From: Paragordius varius
Taxonomy: Eukaryota > Animalia > Nematomorpha
DNA: 64,000 nucleotides
Direction: 5' to 3'
Assembly (NCBI GenBank): GCA_964247055.1
Contig: OZ176053.1
Location: 3,224,001 to 3,288,000, forward strand
In this document: in pieces, positions 53,657 through 64,000 of the stretch
How the letters are laid out: each line of letters begins with the position of its first letter
Position numbering within the stretch: the stretch's first letter is position 1
Notes under the pieces: generated by a model
What the model was told of the DNA's origin: nothing
The model's database searches: none
Seen by the model: only the letters and a program-made list of their open reading frames with translations
Position numbers and translations under genes: made by a program

Positions 53657-56600
53657 ATGTTTTATTTAAAATTTTGTCTTATCGTTTTAAGTTCTCTGTC
53701 CTGCTGGTTACAGAATTCGGAAGCCGATATACCAACTGCTGGGGATGTGGAAAAAATTCTTAAACTCCACAACGATTATCGTGCCCAAGTGAAACCAGCT
53801 TCCAATGCCATGTTTAAATTTGTAAAACTTTTTTTGTTTTATATAATGCTATATAAAAAATAATTTAAACGGCATTTTAAAGTAGGAATGGTTTTAATTA
53901 ACCGGGTTATTTTAACATTCCACCGAAATTTAGTTTAATTTTTGGAAAATAAAAAATTAGCTTAGTTTACAGAAAAGGAAAAAGGAACCCAAAGTCCTGA
54001 TGTAGCATTTTAGGGTTTTTAATCTAGTAGAATTTTTAATTTAAGGAATATTTTAAACTTTAAAAAGGAAAAATAGATTAATCATAAAACGAGCATCAAT
54101 AATATTTAAAAAAATTCAATTTAATCAATATTTGGTTTAATTAATTGATTATATCAGATATATTCAATATATCTAATTAGATATGGAACGAAGATGGGGC
54201 CAAAAAAGCAGAAAAATTAACTAAAAGATGCGTTTTTAATCATGACAAGTCTTCGGACCGGAAAACAGCAAGTATTTACTTTATTTGCAAAAGACAATAA
54301 TATATTTTTATATATTATATTACCATTTATACTTCAAGGGTGTCCTTGAATACTTCAAGTTGGTCCTTTAACTTTTTTTTGTTATTAACTTTTATCAATC
54401 AAATCGTGTATCATTCATCTATTTCATCATTTTTAACCTATTTATTTATGTACTTTAAACCAATATCAATTTTAAATCATTCAGAAATCGTATATCTTTA
54501 TTATATTTCTAAATTTATTTTATTTTATATTTAATTATTAATTAAATTTTATTACAATTTTTCATTTAAAACATTTAAAAAGTATTAATTTTGTTAAATT
54601 GAAAAAAAAATAGTTTGAAAAAAAGTGGTTTTTAATTAAAAAATTTTTTTTACATATAATAAATAAAGAATAAAACGTTAAAAAATAATAAAAAATACAT
54701 CAATTATGATAAAATAAAATTTAAAAATTTTAAGGACCAACTTGAAATGTTCAATGATCAACTTGAAGCGTTCAAGGACACTCTTGAAGTGCAAATGGTA
54801 TGTATACATGAAGCTTATCTACTCTATAATAAAAATATGGATACGTTAAATTCTCATTAAAAATTTACATTTTCATTACAATGTAAAAAGAGTATCCTGA
54901 TGGAGGCGGGCAAAATCTTGCCCAAAGTAAAAATGCGATGGATTGGAAAGATGTCATTGATATGTGGTACAATGAAGTGGTCATGTTTGAGTTTGGCAAA
55001 GATAAAAACAACTTTGCTGACGTTGGACATTATACACAGGTCTCTTTATAAAATTTGTATATATATATAGCCATTTGTTTAAACTCAAATTAGTTTTTTG
55101 CTCATGAATAGGTTTGCTTTCAATGATTATTTGTATTTAAGAATATTTCTAACATCTTGTCAAAAATTTTATACTTTAGGATTCGATTTTGCCTGGAAGA
55201 GAAATCATATTTAATCATATGAGAAAGATGATTTGTAAATTTAGTGTCTATAGTAAACTATTCCAATCTAAATTAAAATTATTTGTCTAAAATATATGCA
55301 GGTAATAATAACGTTAAAAAATAATCTTATCATTTTTATAGAAATAAATTTATTACGCACATATATACCATTTTTCAGTCAAAAGCAACATTTTTTCAAC
55401 CAAACGCAACATTAAATAGTGTTTCGTTTGGTTGAAAAAGTGTTGCTTTTGACTGAAATATGGTATATTAGTTAGTATGGGGTTCAACACGAGAAATCGG
55501 CTGCGCTTTTACCGATTGCAAAAGCCAATTCATTTATGCTTGCAACTATTATCCGGGGTAAATATTATTTATCATTACTTATATTATATAAGTATAAATC
55601 AGGGACGATTTTTTAGATTTTATATGATTACAGAACTTGTTTTTTATAAACTTAACCGGTTTTAAACAGATTTAAACGGGTTATATGCCTAAACCCATGA
55701 TATTTACTTGTCGGTCCCGATTTATTTCTGCCTCAACGCGTTTATATCTGAATATTTTATCCAAATAAAATGAATGTTCAATTATAATGATATAAATAAT
55801 TGTCAATGATTTGGAAATCATTTAGCGGAAACTCTCCACCATATTATGTACCGTATCAGAAAAGTTTAACAGCTACGCAATCTTGCGACGGTTGTATTGA
55901 AGGGAAAAAATGTGTTACTGGAGGACCTTATGCAGGAAAATTGCTTGAAGATTGTGGTAAAAATATGTTTAATAGATTTTGACGCATATGTAATGAGGAT
56001 ATGGTTAATTGCACTATGCACAAAATCGGGGGGTGTAGAAAATATCCCGATAAGTTATATAATTTTGATAGATAAATATATGGATATCTAATGGTGCTTT
56101 TGGTTTTGGGATTTATGATTTAAAAAAGTTTTTACAACTTTGTATGCTGAAAATCGTAAAATTGGGGTACATTATATAAAAAATCTAGAATGTACAGAGG
56201 CGTAGCTTGCATTTCTGCCGCCTGATGCATGCTGATGACATCCCACCTCCATGCACCTGTCATTTTAAAAAATAATGAAATTCAAACCGTTCTCATAAAT
56301 GGGTGATTTTTTTGTATGAATTAAAATAATAACTTTTAAATATCTATTTTTTTATAAACTAAAATTTTTTTTAAATCCGGCACCCCTTCAACTATGGCTT
56401 CCGGTGCATCAACTCCCCTTTCCCCCTCTAGTTACGCCACTACGTGTACATGACCACTCATAAATGGGTAATTTTTTATGTATTATTTAAAATAATAACT
56501 TTTAACTATCTTTTTTTTAAAAAATAAATTAAAAATTTTAAAATCCGGCGCCCCTTTAACTATGGTTTCCGGTGCATCAGCCCCACTTCCTCCCCCTCCT

Positions 56601-58543
56601 CCTAGCTACGCCTCTGATGTATTACCTTTCTTAAAATATTAATGCTATCCAACATGCTAGTTAAGTACCTTTTATCCAAAATAAATACAGAAATTACCAA
56701 TATTAGCTTGGCACCATATAAATGATAAAACAATATGTATATTGTAACTCGTTTAATCCACTTTTCTCAAAATCTTTAACGAAGTCGGTAAGAGCAATTG
56801 TCGACATGAAATTTAAATAAAGAATTCAGGACCATATAAAAGCACTTTTAGGGCCACGGTTTGACACTGTTTTATAGTCACAGGTGTTTGTCATAAAAGA
56901 TAAAGTAAAATATAATGCATATAAATTTATACCTATACTAAAACAATTTGACAGACATTCTCTTAAAAGTTAGTATGAATATAAATGGAACAACAAAAAT
57001 TGGTTAATCAATGTTTTTACTGTAGCTTGCTCCTTTTTCTCAATTTAAAATATAAATCATTTACAATTGTTTACCCTTGAACGATTCAAATTTACCCTCG
57101 TAAATTTAAATTCACCCTTGAACGATTCGAATTCACCCTAAATATGTGTTTTTTATCTAATATACCTCATTATTAATATGAAATATATCTTTATGGCTTA
57201 GTTTATCTATTTTCAGTATTTTAATTTTAAACAAAATTTCATTTTTTAAAAATATATAAAAATTCAGGTAATTTTTAATCTTAAACCCGTAATTTATTTC
57301 AGGATGAATTTGAGTTGTTCGAGGGTGAATTTAAATTGTTTAAGGGTGAATTTGAAGTGTAAATGGTAAATGCTTTAATGTTTTTGTTTAAGTCATTTTG
57401 GTTTAAATGAAATTAGATAAAAATTAAAGGTGAATTAAATATTTTAAGCCTTAAATTAAATTTCAGTCATTTTTCCAGGTTTGGCGATCCTGATTTTTAG
57501 CCATTGTTAATGAACTGCCAGTTAATTTAATCTTTAATTGATGGCAATGTTAAGCATTTTATATGTTTTTTCCCATGAATCGAATTCAGTGTTTTTATAA
57601 AATATTTGCGACACAAGTTCTTCCATTAAGAGGACCCTAATCAATAATTGACGCATAAAACACAGTTTTTGCATTTTACTTAATTATAATAATAATATAC
57701 AAATAGCACAGTAAAAGTAAAGAGCAAAGACAGCAAAAAAATATTATCATGCACCCGTGTAAAATCGCTGATTTCGCATCTAAAACTATCATGAAACTAT
57801 TTTTGTGCCATTTTAACAAGAATTAATGCTCATTAATCGATATCACATGAGTTGAATTTTTTTAAAAATCGCATACAAAGGAAATTTTGATTTCGATAGA
57901 GTCCCCAGTATTGTAAGTTTATCGTTTCCCGATAATAAATCGTTGCATATTTGACTTATGTTTATAGATTGCCATTTGAAAAATTTCATGGAATTAAGAT
58001 ATTCTCGTTAATTGTAATGATATTTCGGTCATTTAAGAAAAAGGTCATTCCTAGTGCAAATTTCACCCTCATATCCATATTGAATATATTGTACATAAAA
58101 TAGCCCTGTTTTATTAGAATTCGATTGTTTATTCCTATTGATGATTAGAAGAATAATTAATTGATTGTTTAACCACAAAATTAACTATTTTTTTGAAAAA
58201 AAATTAGCGTTTATTTAGAAAAAATTTCATGACACGCTTTATACTATTTACTACGAAAGTGTTATGGACAAATAAGACTTGACTAAATTAGGCATAAAAA
58301 CCACCATCAAATATAAAAAGCTATTTAATCCGTTTTTTATCTATCACATTATTGTACGATTACATATCATTAACTTATAAATATATTTTTTAATTATAGT
58401 TTTATGTCTATATACATATATATTTAGGAACCATGTGTGAAAACCAATATACGAATTGTCCTGAGTTAGCCCAACAAGGCTATTGTAACATGTATAATCA
58501 GACTTGTGCTGAATCCTGTCGAAAAGAATGTCAAACAAACTAA
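53657..58543 (+). CDS. Secreted CAP/SCP (CRISP/venom-allergen-like) protein with C-terminal ShKT domain, 6 exons, about 245 aa
   Basis: Exons 53657-53821, 54181-54271, 54891-55039, 55472-55557, 55826-55956, 58428-58543 (TAA); 738 nt. Signal peptide MFYLKFCLIVLSSLSCW; CAP motifs LHNDYR, GQNLA, WYNE, VGHYTQLVWGSTREIGC, YACNYYPGGN; six-Cys ShKT pattern C-ENQYTN-C-PELAQQGY-C-NMYNQT-C-AES-C-RKE-C. Confidence 0.93.
54321..54800. mobile_element. Related MITE subfamily (CAP intron 2)
   Basis: TACCATTTATACTTCAAGGGTGTCCTTGAA ... TTCAAGGACACTCTTGAAGTGCAAATGGTA; same terminal motif, different subterminal repeat and core. Confidence 0.75.
55366..55465. mobile_element. 100-bp hairpin MITE (TA-CCAT...ATGG-TA) at the 3' end of CAP intron 3
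   Basis: 39-bp arms 55368-55406 / 55425-55463 match at 37/39; TA on both sides. Confidence 0.85.
56195..56616. mobile_element. MITE with 13-bp TIR CAGAGGCGTAGCT and a duplicated right half (CAP intron 5)
   Basis: Perfect TIRs; ATGTA on both flanks; ~160-bp unit duplicated (~56290-56443 and ~56455-56616), the first copy ending in an internal end-like motif AGTTACGCCACTA. Confidence 0.85.
57062..57368. mobile_element. MITE, 'TACCATTTACAC' family (CAP intron 5)
   Basis: Three to four 21-bp repeats per side; right end GAAGTGTAAATGGTA. Confidence 0.85.
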
Positions 58544-58789
58544 CTAACATATAATCTAAATATGGATTTATTTTTTTGAGTTATCAAATTTTATCATATC
58601 ACACATAGAGTTTGATCAAATTATTTTTTTGCAAACCATATCCGCTTAAATATTAACAATAAATAAATTATTAGCTTGCATCGATAAATAATAAATATTT
58701 GTCAAAAAGATTTTTTAGAGAGATTACCAAATAAATAATTTCTATACTAATTTCTACACTAGTATATAAGATATGTAGCAATAAAAATC

Positions 58790-61700
58790 TCAAATAATTT
58801 CACAATCCACTTTAAGTCCATGTGCTGGAAAATTTATTCCATTTTTACGATATTCAATGTTGTAGGGTGTTTTATCTTTGATATCACCTTCGCTCGGCGA
58901 AAATTTTAAACCAGCTAAGAATAGGATAATGAGCGTTAATTTAATTTCCAACAAAGCAAATCGCAATCCAATACAATTTCGGGGCCCAGATCCAAATGGG
59001 ATGTAACTGTATTGATTATCCTTGTTTCTATTCATAAATATAGAGTAATAAAAAGTATTGCCAAATAATTTTAAATGATTTATATGCTGTAATTTTCATT
59101 TTAATTAAAACTCTCATAAAAATCCTTTTTTATAATCTTTTGTGTTTGTAATATGATTCAAAATTTCACCCGTATTATATATATTCTAACCTTCAAACAA
59201 AGTTACAGTAATATATCTTCACTTGATACACAAGAAGGCGTGATGGTATAGGCGAGTATTAAAGATTTCACAAGTCCTGATACAATTATGTCCTTACCAT
59301 TTAATATAAAAAGGAAAAAAGAGACTCGGTCTCCCGCCTTTTTGCATCAAAAAATCCTGCGAACCGCATTCACAAAATGTATGGGCTGCATTATTAAATA
59401 TTTTATTAGATTTCAAACATAGGCCTGCAAAAATCACTATTTATTTTAACAATTTTTGTCAGTTCATTGCAGAAATTTGAGATTTAATCAGAAAGTTTCT
59501 TTGATAAAAATTAATTTTTTTAGATTACGTAAAATTCGGTATTTGACTTGCGGGCGTGTTGGAAACCCTAGGTCTAAACCGTATATTTTTTTATTCGATT
59601 GTAACTTAATAACCAATAATTAATAACTCATTCTCAAATCGTTCGGGTTTAAATTCGTTGGGTTCGGGCCAAACATTAGGATCTCTATGGACAGCCATAA
59701 CAGGAATTTGAATTAAGGTGCCTTTTTTGACTTGGGTCCCGGCTTCTAATGTGAAATCTTCTCCAGTTATACGGTCTAATAACAAAACGGGTGGATACAA
59801 TCTCAACACTTCTTTAACAACTTGATCCAAATATTTTAGGCCAATGACATCCTCGTAGGTGAGTTCTGGTTTACTTGACCCATAATCTACATTCATTCAA
59901 TTTCGATATAAATTTGACTATCGAAAAAATTAGTTTTACTATCATAAGCAATTTTATTATATTTATTTACGAGTCTCATCGAAAATAGTCGAGTTGATTG
60001 ACAAATATTGAGTAGTAAAATCTTTAAAAATATATTTTACATTAATAAGCTTTATCATTAGAATTAACATTGTATTTAAATATCGATTCATAGAAAATTT
60101 AAAGAATTCTACTTACACCTACAATAAATTATGCCATTCAAAGATAAAATTTCTGTATGTGGTTACACTTATTACTTACTTACCCCAAAATATTATTTGC
60201 AATTTAAATATTCCAAACAAATTTCATATGAATTTCAAACCAAATCAAAGATTAACCCTTAATATATATATGAATATACCCAATTTTTTATTCCCATTTT
60301 TACGGGACCACATAGTTTGTATTTCTGCGCGTAAACGTTCTTGAACCTCTGGATGCCAACCCAATGTATTAGTTATCCAACATAGGGCATTGGCTGTCGT
60401 TTCATAACCGGCAATGAAAAAGAGTAAGGCATTAGCAACAAATTGTTCCTTAGTTAATCCCTTAATCGTTTTATCATCATCTTTATGGGACGAAGAGTTG
60501 CTATCCTGCGTTTTGGGTGAATCCTCTTTCATTACATAAGTATCCAGGGTAGAGTTATGTTGGTCTTCTATCATACCACCATCATCTTGGTCCGATTTTA
60601 TGGGACAAGTGCCGTTTACCATTTTTTCCATGCTGCCCTCTGTTCCTACTGTGGCCAAGTCGTGTGGACATTTATTTGATTTTTCGGAATTTGAATTATT
60701 TTGTTCTTCTTCTGATATCTTAACGTCCTCATCTACGGCAGAATCAATGAGTAATTGCAAATAGTCGGGTCTAAATAAAAATTATTAGGTGCATGATTAA
60801 ATTGTTTGATTCAATTAAAAAGGGTATTTGGCTCAAGAGAGTGTTTTCTATGGAATTTTGCCTTAAATTAATTTTGACCTACTAACTTATTATGGTGGAT
60901 AAGGCGGTTCTTAATACATCTTACAAAAATTAATTAAAAGTGGTTTTGTATGATTAAATATGTGTAATTTGTTTCCCAATATACAATTCATATATTTATT
61001 TTTTCGGTAATTTAGGCGGAATGGGTAGGATAAATATTAATTTGAGTCACATACCGCTTAAATTCGTATATGCACAGTCGCAAAAACATTGTATAGCTTT
61101 GTCAAAAAGTTTTTGTAAAAAATAGGTAGATTTTACCCATAATTTTTACAAATTTAAAATGTCAAGCTTGGGTATATATATTATAACAAAAGTCGCTGCC
61201 TGTCTTAGTAGCAAATACACTATTCTTAGATCCATTAAGATATTTTTATCCATATGTTTGCTTAAGAGTGTTTAATATTTATATTATGTTTTATCGACTT
61301 TAATAATTACTAATAACTGTATTAATATGTGCAAATTATAATAGCATAATTACCTATGTATGTGGCGACTTTTCCTTTCTTCCACAGTTTTTTCGATAAC
61401 TTTTGCAAAAAAATTATAAACACCTGGATCCGTCATACTCAAATTCAAAAAATTTAGAACGGGTAGTATATACGGAAACATGATCCAAAATATAAACAGG
61501 GGCGAGTTGATTCTCAAATCAAATACCTTCTTGGCTTGCCTAATAAAGTAAAGAAAAAAATGCATTGTTTTGAAAAAAAAAGAAATAGAACTGAATTTAA
61601 CTTACATTACAAATTCATGGTTTGTTTCCTGATAAGAATCGAGATCTAAGCCAAAAGCTGTGGATGAAATGACATCCATCGTAAGGCAACCAAACAAAGC

Positions 61701-62225
61701 CTTAACATCAATCGTAACCTTGTTTTGTCCAGACGAGGCAATTTTATCCCTGAAATGTTTCAATGTTTGTATGGAACATTTATACATTAAGGGGAACATG
61801 ACACTCTTCATTTTATAGGTCGTGAAAGTTGGGATTAGAGTTTTCCTTAAATCACGCCATTCCTTATCCTTTGCCATAAAGACAGATTTTTTCAACAGTT
61901 TCCCCATGAAAATGGGCCCACGACGGTTAGGAAAAGCTGAAAAGTTTTTAACCAATATTTCCTTTATTTCGTTTGGGTCAGTTATTACAATAACCCGCTT
62001 CGGTCCCTCCATGTAATTAAAAATTTGTCCGTACAAGCTGGCCCATTTCACATAGGTGTATTGAATGCCATGTTTAAATAATGATAAGTTTGAACCTATG
62101 AGAGGTAAGGTGAGAGGATGTTTTAGCCCATTTTTGCAATGAATCCTATACACGGGGATTAAACTGTAAAGCAATAACGAAACGATAGAAAACCAAACTA
62201 GTGATGAAAGGAGTGCGACCACCAT
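58790..62225 (-). CDS. Cytochrome P450, clan 3 (CYP3A/CYP5-like), 5 exons, about 597 aa
   Basis: Exons (minus): 62225-61606, 61539-61354, 60770-60280, 59886-59628, 59027-58790; 1794 nt. N-terminal membrane anchor, P-rich hinge (HPLTLPLIG), [25 protein letters not shown]-helix [10 protein letters not shown]-helix [15 protein letters not shown], heme motif [10 protein letters not shown]. Confidence 0.96.
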
Positions 62226-63747
62226 AATTGATTAACACAAAAAAATTTATTTGTATATCTAAATTTTTTTATATTTTATTATTTATATTATAATTTTATG
62301 CGATATAGAGAGCGAGAGAGACAAACTGTTTTTTTGTCAACTCATATAATGCACCTTAACCATATATATTTATTATGTTATATATGTATAGGTTGGATAC
62401 AATCCAATATAAATTGGAGTGAATGTGTTGTATGCGATGCGATAAAATACCTGCCTCAATTATTGTTTTCAATTCATAGTTATTATATAATAATAATTTA
62501 GTTTTAGAAAAAATTATCGTTTGCTTGTTTTGAAAAAAAAAATAAAAAAAATATGGAGCTTTTAAAAGACTTCTAGATGTGACCTTGAGTCGTAGTATTG
62601 TATATGAATAATTATCAAACTAATTTATGCCTTAAATTATCCGTCGTTTACATGTCCAATAAATATTGGCCGTTAATGAAATTAATAATCGTTTTTATGA
62701 TAATTTTAGAGGTGTTGTGATGTTTTAAATAAATATATTGAGTCATAAGACGTTACAAATATGGTAAAATATTTTTTTATAACCAAGTTTTAAAAATTTT
62801 ACGGTTGAGTTAGAAATAGGTCATTTTAATGTTTTAATAAATATCAATAATACAATTACACAAAATATAAAAAAAGGTATTTAGAATCAAAAGAGATAAG
62901 TAGCGAATTTTATTTTATTTTAACTTGGTAACATCATTTTATAACCATCATTGCACTAACGGGTGTTTATTTCTAATTGGTTATTGATTAATCGAATTCG
63001 TGCAATATATTTACCCTATGATTACACTTGGCCTTTATTTAATTTTAATTAATTATTTGTTCATATGTGCCTCTAAGCCATTTTGGGTATTTTTATTTAG
63101 TAGGAATAAATTTAGACTCAATCAATCAGGGTTTACATAATTACACTTAGGCACATATATAAAAATAAACTTCGTCGTTTAAACAATTTTACGGACACGT
63201 TTTGGGGGCATGCTCTAAATCAGTTATACTCAAACCGCGGCCCGTGGGCCGCATGAGGTCCTAAGAGTGCTTTAAAATTGCCCTATGACCATATAGATAC
63301 TTAAATTATTTTTTTTTGATGAATTTTTAAAATACACATAAACGAATTTTTGCTTATTTTAATATTGATTTATTTTCTTTAGGTCTAATATTTATTTTTT
63401 ACCCAATTTGAAATATACAAAATTTTCCTACATTAAATGATTTTAAAATTTTGGCCACGTTGTTTCTGTATTATTTTTTCTTTTCTATTTTAAAATTTTT
63501 ATTGCATTCCTTTTTTGTATTCAAGCAAGCCTTTCACCCAAACTTGCATATACATATTCTTTTCATTGCTATCCTGCATTATTTTTTATAACTCAGTTCC
63601 AAAAATATTTCTTAAATCAACATCATTAAATTTCAACCTGTTTTTTTTATATCATAATTCAAATTACATTCCTATTTTTTTAAAAAAATTTACATAATAT
63701 TTAAACACAAATTCAAAGGGCGACATCTAATGCGAGAAAATGTAAAT

Positions 63748-64000
63748 TACACTAGTCGACAAATTTGGACATTTTTGAGCACCACCACTCAAACTTTTAA
63801 ATTATGACTAATTTCAGTGTTTTAAAACCGAATGTGAAAATTTTTTTGATCCCACCAATCAGAATTTTGAAATATTATAGGTTTTTCAATTTTTCAAAAA
63901 CTAGAGAAAATCGAGAGAAAATTAAATATAACTTTATAATAAAATGTTATTATATTATAAACTTAATATTTATTAAAGCGTTTTAAACTCTATCTTTTGA
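63748..64000 (+). mobile_element. Tc1/mariner-type element left end, runs off the window
   Basis: Begins TACACTAGTCGACAAATTTGGAC; about 250 bp nearly identical to 42337-42591 (inverted). Confidence 0.85.

Overview
Very AT-rich (roughly 25-30% GC by eye) eukaryotic, metazoan genomic DNA; no prokaryotic operons, rRNA/tRNA genes or CRISPR arrays were seen. I assembled seven spliced genes by hand from GT-AG boundaries and reading-frame continuity: unc-80 (+, starts before the window, ends 16749), katanin p80/KATNB1 (-), CHMP4/Snf7 (+), an atypical dual-specificity phosphatase (-), a Gfi1/senseless-type zinc-finger factor (-), a secreted CAP+ShKT protein (+) and a clan-3 cytochrome P450 (-). Intron sizes are strongly bimodal: ultra-short 23-34 nt introns occur beside long introns filled with MITEs. 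Repeats include two decayed RTE-type LINEs and many MITEs (Tc1/mariner-, hAT- and Transib-like). A nested transposon cluster at about 40.3-45.6 kb contains a complete type I hammerhead ribozyme motif (43482-43553) with the palindromic minimal stem III typical of Penelope-like elements and retrozymes. That motif lies 26 bp from a MITE with RSS-heptamer ends and a 5-bp target-site duplication (TSD). Protein identities come from my recall of family sequences, not from database searches.
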